Origin: Paraspadella gotoi
Taxonomy: Eukaryota > Animalia > Chaetognatha
Assembly: GCA_051294375.1 (NCBI GenBank)
Contig: CM119270.1
Location: forward strand, 4,720,152 to 4,784,151
DNA length: 64,000 bases
Direction of reading: 5' to 3'
The notes below the pieces were generated by a model. That model worked only from the letters and a program-made list of their open reading frames with translations. It ran no database searches and had not been told where the DNA came from. A program made the translations under genes and the position numbers. Below are positions 51,625 through 64,000 of the stretch, one piece after another (the stretch's first letter is position 1; each line of letters starts with the position of its first letter).

Positions 51625-54600
51625 ATGTTTTCCTCTACCACCAACATGTCTGGAAATTGCCAGTGTAACGGCGACGACTGCATTGTCTGTGACTGTAACG
51701 TTTTATATCTCGGATCTGCCAAGGTAAACTCAGTCAAACAAAGCGTTGATGGTATTCAGAATCCCCTCAAGGCAATCACCAGAGCTCGTAGCAACCCTGA
51801 TGGATCTCCAGCAAAACTTTCGGTTTCCTCTGGCTCTATTAATGTGGCCAATGCGCAGGACAAAAAGGCCAAAGTGCCAATCAACAAACTACTTTACTGT
51901 GCAGCTGTTAAACAGCTTTATGCTAACCCGGCTAAATCTGATGAGCCAGTTTTCGTCAGGCTTAATCACGATGATTCCTCTAACCTTGGAAACAAGAAAG
52001 ACCCTGTTCTTTTTGCGATGGCACTGGATGCTCCTAAAAATAATGAGAAAGAAGTGGAAGTCCATGCCTTTGCCTGTCGACAGCCCTCATCAGCACTTTC
52101 TCTAGTGCAAGCATGTCAGCATGCATACAGTTCAAAAAATCCAAAAAAGTTAAATGTGAATGGTGATGTAAGTACTCACTTGGCTGGAGATGCTGACTTA
52201 CCTAAAGTCAAGTTGGAGAACCAGGTTCATGCTTCGGTCCCACGAATTTCTGCCGGACTTGGGGATGCTGGTGAGTTATTAAAGAATGATGATTTCCCAA
52301 TGCCTAACACTAAGAAAAATATTTTTATTTACTCATCTAGATATGGAAACCGAAGATCTCCAAGTAGAACCACAACTTGAGTTTTCTCCAATGTCCCAAA
52401 AAAGCCCAAGCATAAAGTATGAAAGTCATTCCCCTAACTTTTCAAAACCCAATGGACCAGGCTTGAACATTGATCCTGTCTACGCCAATGTGCAAGCAAC
52501 AAAACCAAAAGTTAAAGGAAAAGTTCCTGACTTACAAATGCCAAGCATGAAAATTAAATTTCCCCGTTTTTCTAAGGGGAAAGCAAATATTACCAAACCC
52601 TCTGGTAATGTAGCAAAGCCCGATTTAGACACAGATGTTTATGCTAACATTGATCTGGATACACCAGATAAACCTAATTTCAAAAAACCTGAGTTAGAAG
52701 GAAAAGTTATTTCGCCCAAAATTGATGGAGATCTCTCTGCAGAATTGCCGAAGTCTGATGTCAATTTAAAAGGAAAATCTCCAAGTTTCAAATTTCCTTC
52801 CTTTTCTAAATTTGGTGGCAAGGGTAAAGTTAATGTTCCTGATGTTGATGCAGATTTGGATAAATCCCTACCTTCAGTTGATGCAGAATTACCAGATGCA
52901 GATTTATATGCTAATGTTGATTCTGGATTAAAGTTTCCATCTTTATCATTACCTAAATTTGGTGGAAAAGGCAAAGTTGAGGTTCCTGATGTTGATATTA
53001 ATGCAAAATTACCAGATGCGGATATTGATGTTAAAAAGCCTGATTTAGATGCTAATGTTGATTCTGGATTAAAGTTTCCATCTTTTTCTCTACCGAAATT
53101 TGGTGGAAAAGGCAAAGTTGATATTCCTGATGTTGATATTAATGCAAAATTACCAGAAGCGGACATAGATGTTAAAAATCCCGATTTCGATGCTGATGTT
53201 GATTCTGGATTAAAGTTTCCATCTTTATCGTTACCCAAATTTGGTGGCAAAGGCAAAGTTAATGTTCCTGACATTGATGTTAATGCAAAATTACCAGAAG
53301 CAGATATTGATGTCAAAAAGCCTGATTTAGATGCTAATGTTGACTCAGGATTAAAGTTCCCATCTTTATCATTACCCAAATTTGGTGGCAAAGGCAAAGT
53401 TGATGTTCCTGATATTGATGTTAATACAAAATTACCAGAAGTGGACTTTGATGTTAAAAAGCCTGATTTAGATGCTGATGTTGATTCTGGATTAAAGTTT
53501 CCATCATTTTCTCTCCCAAAATTTGGTGGCAAGGGCAAGGTTGATGTTCCTGATGTAGATATTAATGGAAAATTACCCGAAGCAGACATTGATGTTAAAA
53601 AGCCCGATTTAGATGCTGATGTTGATTCTGGATTAAAGTTTCCATCTTTATCGTTACCCAAATTTGGTGGCAAAGGCAAAGTTGATGTTCCTGATATTGA
53701 TGTTAATGCAAAATTACCAGAAGTGGACTTTGATGTTAAAAAGCCTGATTTAGATGCTGATGTTGATTCTGGATTAAAGTTTCCATCATTTTCTCTCCCA
53801 AAATTTGGTGGCAAGGGCAAGGTTGATGTTCCTGATGTTGATATTAATGGAAAATTACCAGAAGCAGACATTGACGTTAAAAAGCCCGATTTAGATGCCG
53901 ATGTTGATTCTGGATTAAAGTTTCCATCATTTTCTCTCCCAAAATTTGGCGGCAAGGGCAAAGTTGATGTTCCTGATGTTGATATTAATGCAAAATTACC
54001 AGAAGCGGACTTTGATGTTAAAAAGCCTGATTTAGATGCTAATGTTGATTCTGGAATAAAGTTTCCATCTTTTTCTCTACCGAAATTTGGTGGCAAGGGC
54101 AAGGTTGATATTCCTGATGTTAATGCAAATTTGGATGCATCCATACCTTCAGTTGAAGCGGAAATTCCGGAAGCTAGTGTTGAACTTCCTTCCTTTTCAA
54201 AGCCTTCCATTTCAAAACCTGAAGTTCCCTCATATACTCCTGTGAAAATTAAACCACCAAAAGTAGACGCAAATCTAAATGGATCTTTGCCCTCTGTTGA
54301 GGCTGACCTGAAGTCACCAGGAATAAAATTACCCGAGGCAAAAGCTCCTGCATTTTCCTTGCCATCTTTTGACAAAACAAAATTGGATATTGATCTGCCC
54401 AATCTTTCAACACCGAAGTTAAATGCAGATCTTCCAGATGCTAATATTAATGCTGAGCTGCCAGATATCCAAAAGCCGAAGTTAGATGCGGGATTTAAAC
54501 TACCTTCATTTCCTGACCCTGATATTTCCCTTCCTTCATTTTCTAAACCTAAAATTGATACACCTTCAATTTCCACACCTGAAGTTAACTTGCCACAATT

Positions 54601-57120
54601 TAATACTCCAGAGGTTGACTTACATACACCAGAAATTGACACTCCTTCTTTTTCTAAGCCCGACATCAATCTTCCTTCAGTTACAACACCTGAAGTTAAT
54701 GTTCCTTCATTTTCTAAGCCTGACGCTGATCTTCCTTCATTTTCTAAGCCTGACATTGAACTTCCTTCATTTTCAACACCAAAAGTTGATGTGCCCAAAG
54801 TTGAGATTCCGTCATTATCAAACCCTGAAATCAATCTTCCTTCATTTTCGAAGCCTGACATCGATCTTCCTTCACTCTCTAAGCCTGAAGTTGATCTTCC
54901 TTCATTTTCAACACCTGACATCAATCTTCCTTCACTTTCTAAGCCTGAAGTCGATTTTCCTTCATTTACTAAGCCTGACATTGATCTGCCTTCTGTTTCT
55001 AAACCCGAAGTAGATCTTCCATCATTTTCAACACCGGACATCAATCTTCCTTCACTTTCAAAGCCTGAAGTCGATCTTCCTTCATTTTCTAAGCCTGACA
55101 TTGATCTGCCTTCAGTTTCTACTCCTAAAGTTAATATTCCTTCAGTTGATCTGCCCTCATTTTCTAAACCTGAAGTAGATCTTCCATCATTTTCAACACC
55201 GGACATCAATCTTCCATCACTTTCTAAGCCTGAAGTTGATCTTCCTTCATTTTCTAAGCCTGACATGAATCTGCTTCAGTTTCTACCCAAAAAGTTGATA
55301 TTCCTTCAGTTGATCTGCCCTCAGTTTCTAAACCTGAAGTAGATCTTCCATCATTTTCAACACCCGACATCAATCTTCCTTCACTTTCAAAGCCTGAAGT
55401 CGATTTTCCTTCTTTAACTAAGCCTGACATTGATCTGCCTTCAGTTTCTACTCCTAAAGTTGATATTCCTTCCATTGATCTGCCCTCAGTTTCTAAACCC
55501 GAAGTAGATCTTCCATCATTTTCAACACCGGACATCAATGTTCCTTCACTTTCTAAGCCTGAAGTAGATCTTCCATCATTTTCAACACCTGACATCAATC
55601 TTCCTTCATTTTCTAAGCCTGAAGTCGATCTTCCTTCATTTACTAAGCCTGAAATTGATCTGCCTTCAGTTTCTACTCCTAAACCTTCCATTGAATCTGC
55701 CCTCAGTTTCTAAACCCGAAGTAATCTTCCATCATTTTCAACACCGGCCATCAATCTTCCATCACTTTCTAAGCCTGAAGTCGATCTTCCTTCATTATCT
55801 AAGCCTGACATTGATCTGCCTTCAGTTTCTACTCCTAAAGTTAATATTCCTTCAGTTGATCTGCCCTCAGTTTCTAAACCTGAAGTAGATCTTCCATCAT
55901 TTTCAACACCTGACATCAATCTTCCTTCACTTTCTAAGCCTGAGGTCGATCTTCCTTCATTTTCTAAGCCTGACATTGATCTGCCTTCAGTTTCTACTCC
56001 TAAAGTTGATATTCCTTCAGTTGATCTGCCCTCAGTTTCAGAACCCGAAGTAGATCTTCCATCATTTTCAACACCGGACATCAATCTTCCTTCACTTTCG
56101 AAGCCTGAAGTAGATCTTCCTTCATTTTCTAAACCTTCAAGTAAAATTGATCTTCCCAACATTGATGCTGGTGTTGAAACCAACTTACCTACTGTTAAAA
56201 CAGAATTGCCAGAAGATCTTCCCACACCAGATCTTGATGCAAAAGGCAACTTTGACATCAATTTACCATCTAAGCCTAATATCGAGCCAATTTCATTTTC
56301 TAAGCCAGACGTCGACTCCATTGTACCTACAGGTGAGCTGCCAGATGTTGCTGCGGATATAAAAGCGTCATTGCCATCATTGAAAGCTAAAATTCCAGAA
56401 AATTTTGATTCTGGAATAAAACTTCCATCATTGTCAGCCGATTTGGAAGAAAAAGTCGAACTTCCAACTGTGGACGCTTCTGCTCCAGGAATAGAAATTT
56501 CATCCCCCAAGCTTAGTGCTGAGATCGAGAAGCCCAAGCTAGAAACCGCATTTGGAGCAAAGGTCAATGGTGATTTCTCAATCGGTAAGTCAAACGATAC
56601 TGATACAGATACAGACACAGAGTCAGACAGCGATACCGAATCAGAAACGGAGGAAGAAAAGGAATCTCCGGAAATCAGTTTCCCCAGCTTTTCGGCCAAA
56701 ATCGACAAACCAGGCAAATCTGCCCTTGACCTAAAAGTTCCCGAGACGGGTTTGCCCACGGCGGACATAGCCTCCGAGATGAGCGCCAAAGTGGAAGCCC
56801 CGGTGCCGGAAAATCCCCTCGAGGCGTCGGTCGATGCCGGCGGTCTCTCTCTGCCCTCGGTCGGTCTTGGAGCCAAAGGCGACGGAAAGGCGGGAATCGG
56901 ACTCAATCTGTCGAAGAATGATTCGGAGGAACCGCCCAATTATCCCGCGCCCGCCCCGCCAGCGGAAAATGGGGTTCTCGATGGTGAGGCCGAAGCGGAT
57001 GGCGGATTCTTTGGCGGACTGGGCAAATCCATCAAGGGCGCCTTTGGCGGCGGTTCGGATGCTAATGACGACAACAACAACCAAACTCTTTCTGCATCAT
57101 CGTTGTTCAGTTTTGGATAA
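51625..57120 (+). CDS. PTB-like domain fused to AHNAK/periaxin-like repeats, ~1,800 aa
   Basis: Exon 1 51625-52270, GTGAGT...CATCTAG intron 52271-52340, exon 2 52341-57120 joining in frame (DA-D-METED). Indels near 55265-55290 and 55690-55725 lie inside the repeats and look like assembly errors. Confidence 0.82.
52919..54130 (+). repeat. Coding tandem repeat, 141 bp / 47 aa, about 9 copies
   Basis: DSGLKFPSFSLPKFGGKGKVDVPDVDINAKLPEADIDVKKPDLDADV recurring every 141 nt. Confidence 0.95.
54500..56135 (+). repeat. Coding tandem repeat, 30 bp / 10 aa (SKPEVDLPSF type)
   Basis: About 50 units with higher-order blocks and 5-aa half units. Confidence 0.93.
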
Positions 57121-58346
57121 ATGACTGCGATAAAGATAAATTAAACACAAAAAAAAAAACTGTGTCAATATCTATCACCCATTGTGCATTGAATTGTTTT
57201 AATTGAATAGTCTTAATGCAGCTATTTTCTGAAGAATTTAAAAAAAGATTTTCAGAAATACTTCATGCATTAAAAATTTATTTTGAAGTATATTTTTGGT
57301 TTACTTTATTTCAAAACAAACTATGTACATATTTTGTTTTTAGCATATGTTTTAGATTTCCCCCAATGTAAAACTTTACATTTTTATATTTTGATAACTT
57401 TAAATATATATCAATACTGTGTGGCCTCAACTGTATATTACTGTAGAGAGAAAAGTTTTTTTTGAAGTATAAAATCTGTTTATTTGAAATAAATCTCGAC
57501 AGTAAGAGTGAGTTGTGATAACAAAACTTCACCAACTGTCCAACTAAAACACCTATAATGCTGCATCATATTCATTACTAATATTTGATCACAGCTGATT
57601 ACACAAAAGACATTAGTAAATATAATAAAACACTGGTTTTTTTTACATAGTTTGACAAATTACAAAGTATTTCAAACTAAATTTTTTTTACAAATAATTA
57701 CTAATTACAGACTTTTTTACCTGTAAATAATTACAAAAAAAAAGAATTTGATATTTACTATTCTTGTTATATGTAAATAATTTGTTTTAATTTTGTAATG
57801 TAATGTACAGACTGATTATTTACAATACACTTTTTGTATACAAGTCATATATTTTGAGGAATTTTTAATTACTTACATGATGAGATAATTTTTTAAGGAG
57901 TCAGAAATTATAATGAACAGTGCCACTAAATTCTTTTTGCTTGATTGATTTACTAAACTATAAATTTGAATTAGAAGATAATTTTCCTTTCAAAGTTTAA
58001 AAAACAGATATGAAAATTGGTGAAACCTTTCAATAACAGGACTTGAGAATATATTGATTTCCATCAAAAAGGTTTAAGAAGCAAAAAAGTAAGAAACCAA
58101 ACGTCCTGATCCCATCATGCTGTAACATTGCAAAAAGCAGCGCAAAATAAATTATCACATGATGCAATTTAGTCCATTGAATGAGAAAATCATGGGAGTA
58201 AAAATGGAAGGCGACTTTAAATGAATCTTCGCTCAAAAGGTTTTAGTCTAAATTTAAATCGTCAAGCACCAGTAAAGTTATCAATAACTGAAAGAACGTG
58301 ATTCAATATATGAGTTTGTCGATGCCAACATCGCGTTTCCCTTTTG

Positions 58347-60668
58347 TCATAATATCAAGCTTAAAATAAACGAGGAGAACAGAACGAGGAGACTCGTCTT
58401 GTGTATGGTGTCCGATGAATTTCCGCCGGTAGAGGCGCCCGTTTCTGAAGAAATGGATTGAATATTTCAATATACATGTTCCAGATGTAACATAGCTCAC
58501 GAATTTACTTGGGCTATCGNNNNNNNNNNCGTCGTTGTCGTTGTCGTTGTCGTCCTCGTCTTCATCGTCTTCATCGTCTTCATCGTCTTCATCATCTTCA
58601 TCGTCTTCCAACACAGCTTGATCTAAAAATAGAATGAAAAAAAGAATTTTACAACTTTCATATATTAATATTTCAAATGATTTGCTACTAATCATTCTTG
58701 ACTTCTAATCTTAATCATTACTAATGAAAGCTGAATTCTCATTTTAAATAATTTTCACTGGTTTTTGAGAAAAGAAATGTTTTAAAGTTTTGCCGAGTAT
58801 TCTTCAGCAGAAGACAAGTAGATAGAAAGACAAGTAAATAAGTATTTAGATTTACCTGCTGATTCTGTTTTAAAGCAGAAGGGCTGGACGCCAGAGAATC
58901 CTTCGGGACATTGACAGTGATTTCCACAGGCATCTTGAGGAGGTTCTGCGTTTTTTTGTCAATAGGGATGATTTTACGTTCTTATCGAATTTAAAGATTG
59001 AAGAGCTACATACTATAGAGAACTATAATGAAATTATTATTTTGTAGCCTTACAAATACATAAAACGATAATTTAACTACTTTTTAAATATTTTTCAATT
59101 TAGTAAAACAAACTTCATAGAAAAAATACGCACCTACGATCGAGGCTTCATCAATTTCCTGAATATAAACAGAATAAATAAATTATTTAACAAGTTTAAA
59201 AAAAAACAATTTCGCTTTGCCCAATAAAAGTGTACAAAATCAGATAGTATATAAATTTTTAAGAAAACAAAAATTAATTGCGATATTATTTGGATAATAA
59301 AAGTATTTTCTAATTCTTGATAGATTATATTTTACGTATATAAGATTTACCAACAAAAAATGATAGCGGAGCGACAGACTGACAAGTGGAAATTTCGAGT
59401 CGCTACTGGCGTTTGAAAGATGTTATGGACTTAACTCGCATCGAGTAAAACTTCATCACCTGCTCGTCTTCGTCCTCGTCATCCTCTACATCAACGGCGT
59501 TGTCCTTTTCTCCATCATCCTGGTCCGCATCGTCGTCCGGTTCTCCAGCAACGGCTTTCGCGTCGTCGTCATCGTCGTCATCTTCGTCGTTATCGTCATC
59601 GTCAGCGACTGTCGGCGCGAGATCTTCCCCTTTGCCGTCGTCGGCTTGGTCGTCTTCGTCATCAACTTTGTCGGCAGCGTCGTCTTCGTGATCGTCATCG
59701 TCATCATCATCGCCATCTATCGACGGAGCGACGAGAACCTCGGACGACGTTTCCGGTTTCACCACCTCCTCCTCTTCAACCTCCTCCTCTTCCTCCTCCT
59801 CCGGCTTCTCCACTTCCTTCTCTTCCTCCAACGACGCGACCACTTCCTCCTCGTGAACGTCTGTGGGCGGGAGGTGGCGGAGGTGTTGGGGGAAAGAATG
59901 TAGGGATGGAACAATTGGGGTGAGAGGAAGAGGAAGAGGAAGAGGGATATTGGAAAAAGAGGAAGCAACAAGGAAAACCCTTTCATTAAATATAAACTCA
60001 GTAACATTATTTATCGTTACGTAATCGAGAAAACAAACAAATAATAACAAAACAAAACAAAACATTTTCAACAAATTTACCGTCAACGGTTTTTTCCTCT
60101 TCAACGTCCTGAAAAAAAAGAAAGAAAATGTGCAATGTCATAAATTACATGAGGTTATAAAGAACGTATTTGTTCCCTGAATACGAAATCAGCCATGATT
60201 ATTAAATCAACGTTAAACATAGCTGGAATCCCTAAAGTAAAATATTCGATATTTTTCACCAAAATGTCTTTTTTTCGAAGTCATAAATTATTATTATTAT
60301 TAATGTGATTAATTAATGACTCGCCTCCGGATTCATTTCGTCCTCAGTCGGCGGCAAAACCTCTTCTTCTTTTTCCGTCTCTTCCGTCTCGGCATCTGCA
60401 ACGGTATCGGCATCTGCATCGGCATCGGCATCTGCATCGACATCTGCATCGGCATCTGCGTCAGCATCTTTTTCGGCATCTCCATCGGCTTCAGCATCTG
60501 CTCCATCGGCATCTGCTTCGGAATCTTCGTCTTCGTCGTCTTCCGGTTCCGATTTTTCTTCTTCGTTGTCGTCGTCGTCGTCTTCTGAGGCGGGAGCAGG
60601 TGCTGCTGCAGTCGGGACGTCGTTGTCGTCGTCGTCGTCGTCTTCTTCTTCTTTGTCATCATCATCAA

Positions 60669-60702
<34 letters not shown>

Positions 60703-61254
60703 TTCTGGAGTATCGACGGTCGTCTCGACGTCTTCAGCGCCCTCTTCCGCATCAACCTTCACCGTCTCATCCTCCTCTTCGTCCGCATCGTCGTTTTCGT
60801 CGTCGTTTTCGTCCGTTTTATCGCCGTCGGCTTCCGCAGCAGGCTCGTCATCGTCGGCGTTGTCGTCGTCGTCATCGTCGTTGTCGGGGTCGTTGTCAGC
60901 TTCGTCGTCCTCGTCGTCGTCGTCAGCGTCGTCGGCGTCGGCTTCTGTAGGATTAACTTCCGGTTCATCTGCGATGGAAATTATATTGAAATCATCACAT
61001 TCGCTTTCACGTTTAAAATCCAGTTTGTTCATTTTGGCAAATCTCTCACCGGATATCACTCCTCGCCCGGCCTTACCTCTTCGTATCCTGTGAAGAAGTG
61101 ATTCCGATTCTTTTTGGTTCCAAGCGAAAGAATCCGCGACTAGAAAAGTGACAAGAAAAGATCTTACTTCATCTCAGTTACTTTATCATCATCTCACTTC
61201 ATTTTGCTTTATCTCATTTCATTTCTTTCTCTCTCTCTCTTCTCCTCTCTCTCT

Positions 61255-61318
<64 letters not shown>

Positions 61319-61828
61319 CTCTCCCTCTCTCTCTCTCTCCTCTCTTCTCTCTCTCTCTCTCTCTTTCTTCTCACTGCTACATGATACTCTCTCTCTCGTC
61401 TCGCTCTCTCCAATACATCTCAATTCATCTCAATTCATCTCAATTCATCTCGATTCATCTCTTTTCATCTAACTTTTCATCACTTTAGTTTTCTTCATTT
61501 GACTTCATCTCTCTTCACCTAACTTCAAAAGTTCACTTCATTTTCCTTCATTTCACTTCATCTCACGTAAAAGAACTCACCAACGTCGTCGCGACTGTGA
61601 AGGGACTGAGATCTTTGTGAGAAGTGGGAAGAAGGTCCTGGAAAAGAAAACGATAAGTTAATTTTTAATTCATTTTATTTTTAATTCAACCCCATTTAAT
61701 TTTTAATAAATAAACTTTTTGATTTATTGAATCATTATATTATCGCATTTTTATCATTATTTCACATCAATTTCTCTCGACTCACTTGCGCAAACTGTTG
61801 TGAAGATTGAAATCGAACACGACCGCAT
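58347..61828 (-). CDS. Hyperacidic Asp/Glu-rich precursor with furin site, partial EGF-like motif and GPI-type C-terminus, ~520 aa
   Basis: Phase-compatible exons 61828-61786, 61637-61581, 61139-61077, 60968-60325 (GC donor), 60108-60081, 59860-59460, 59158-59134, 58945-58856, 58622-58509 (contains an N gap), 58444-58347. The start codon is uncertain. Confidence 0.78.
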
Positions 61829-62050
61829 GAAAGAAAAAAAAATTATCTTCGTTAAAGATCTGATTAATTTTTAGTCTGAGAAAATTAAAACGGGAAGTTA
61901 AACTTGAAATAAAAATACAATTAAAACTCGGATCTCAGAGAAACGTTAGCCTTTTATCTTTTTTTTTTGTGACTTTCAAAAGCCTTTACGTCAGCGCCCC
62001 TCACAATTAATAACGGCTAAAAGAGAACTGAAAATGGGGAGAGAGCGAGA

Positions 62051-62146
<96 letters not shown>

Positions 62147-62367
62147 AGAAAGAGGGAGAGAGAGAGAAAGAAAGAGGGAGAGAGAGAGAAAGAGAGAGAA
62201 AAGGGAAAAAGGTGGCTAAAAATAAAAATATAATTTCTTCTTTTTTCTTTCTTTTGCAAGATTTTAAACTAGGAAATTAACTACAGCTGTGGACGGGCGG
62301 CGGACAGGAAAGGAGCATCGTCTTCCTCCCGCACTCTTCATCATCGTCTGAATCATCATCATCGTCA

Positions 62368-62545
62368 TCATCGCATTGCACATTGTCGTTTCATCGTCTG
62401 CGGCGGGAAATTGTCGTCGTCATCATCGATATCGTAATCGTAGTCGTCATCATCATCATCGTCGTCGTCAGCGTCATCATGAAAATCGAAATCATTTGAA
62501 AAAAAAATAATAATAAAACGATCGGTATCCTGAACTTCGTTGTCG

Positions 62546-62577
<32 letters not shown>

Positions 62578-62637
62578 CTCGACATCGTTGGTGACCTTCA
62601 GATTGTCATTGCTAATACGTTTGTCCATTTTTTTCAC
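62368..62637 (-). other. Short Asp-rich ORF; either a coding exon or a microsatellite product
   Basis: Poly-D with mixed GAC/GAT codons upstream of the acidic gene; no convincing splice path found. Confidence 0.25.
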
Positions 62638-62732
62638 TCATTTCTCAAATTTTAAGGAACGAAAAGCAAAACGTTGCACTTGGTTGTACTCGACTAATCT
62701 TTCGAAGATGGGCGTGAGGATCAAGCACTAAT

Positions 62733-62810
<78 letters not shown>

Positions 62811-62882
62811 AGAGAGAGTAGCTATCTCGCAAAAAAATCAAAACTTAAGGCCATTACGACCTAGACTGCTTTCGAGATGGCC

Positions 62883-62965
<83 letters not shown>

Positions 62966-63249
62966 GTTCAAATTATTTAAATAAAAAACAAATACAAAAT
63001 CGAATTTATTGATCTCGACAGGACAAGATTTTTATCGTCGTATAAACAGAACTAAATTCTTCGGCTGTCAATTGAGTCAAGCAGAGGCGAGAAAGAGAGA
63101 GGGAGGCCGGGAGAGAAGAGATGGTGAGTAAAGAAGGGGAGAAAGAGAGGAAAGGGAGAAGAGGAAAGAGGGGGAGTAGACGAGGTGAGTTAAAGGAAGG
63201 GAGAAAGTAAGGGAAAGGGGAGAGAGGAGAGGAGAGGAATGAATGGGCT

Positions 63250-63929
63250 NNNNNNNNNNNNNNNNNNNNNNNNNNNNNNNNNNNNNNNNNNNNNNNNNNN
63301 NNNNNNNNNNNNNNNNNNNNNNNNNNNNNNNNNNNNNNNNNNNNNNNNNNNNNNNNNNNNNNNNNNNNNNNNNNNNNNNNNNNNNNNNNNNNNNNNNNNN
63401 NNNNNNNNNNNNNNNNNNNNNNNNNNNNNNNNNNNNNNNNNNNNNNNNNNNNNNNNNNNNNNNNNNNNNNNNNNNNNNNNNNNNNNNNNNNNNNNNNNNN
63501 NNNNNNNNNNNNNNNNNNNNNNNNNNNNNNNNNNNNNNNNNNNNNNNNNNNNNNNNNNNNNNNNNNNNNNNNNNNNNNNNNNNNNNNNNNNNNNNNNNNN
63601 NNNNNNNNNNNNNNNNNNNNNNNNNNNNNNNNNNNNNNNNNNNNNNNNNNNNNNNNNNNNNNNNNNNNNNNNNNNNNNNNNNNNNNNNNNNNNNNNNNNN
63701 NNNNNNNNNNNNNNNNNNNNNNNNNNNNNNNNNNNNNNNNNNNNNNNNNNNNNNNNNNNNNNNNNNNNNNNNNNNNNNNNNNNNNNNNNNNNNNNNNNNN
63801 NNNNNNNNNNNNNNNNNNNNNNNNNNNNNNNNNNNNNNNNNNNNNNNNNNNNNNNNNNNNNNNNNNNNNNNNNNNNNNNNNNNNNNNNNNNNNNNNNNNN
63901 NNNNNNNNNNNNNNNNNNNNNNNNNNNNN
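63250..63929. other. Assembly gap
   Basis: N run; smaller gaps near 13797, 24517, 25536, 27870, 28205, 42941 and 58520. Confidence 0.99.
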
Positions 63930-64000
63930 TTTTTTTTTTCTCCTTTTCGTTCACAGAGGGCGACGAGCGCCGATGGTTTCGTCGATTTGTCGACGATCGG

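Noticed and set aside
52639-56939. Long minus-strand ORFs (875, 145 and 409 aa)
   Set aside because: Antisense shadows of the repetitive plus-strand exon; they break where the sense frame breaks.

Overview
AT-rich, microsatellite-rich eukaryotic (invertebrate animal) genomic DNA from a gapped, indel-noisy assembly; the PTB-like family present hints at a spiralian (inference). 1-14 kb is non-coding and dominated by (AG)n/(GAC)n/(GAT)n. 14.6-38 kb is a nest of mobile DNA: an integrase-less, internally inverted BEL/Pao LTR retrotransposon (TSD AATGG) inserted into one arm of a palindromic MITE, four ~250-bp hairpin-rich solo-LTR-like elements with 4-bp TSDs, a Kolobok-type TIR element (TTAA TSD), and two tRNA-headed SINE copies whose bodies match a circularly permuted twister ribozyme. 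Genes reconstructed by hand from splice sites: a 10-exon SLC17/sialin-like transporter (minus, 36.3-41.0 kb); a divergent single-pass membrane protein (plus, from 42.0 kb); three tandem Cys-tagged PTB-like genes, the third spliced onto an ~1,600-aa AHNAK/periaxin-like repeat tail (49.7-57.1 kb); and a 10-exon hyperacidic, furin-site-bearing, probably GPI-anchored protein (minus, 58.3-61.8 kb). No database searches were run; family calls rest on remembered motifs.
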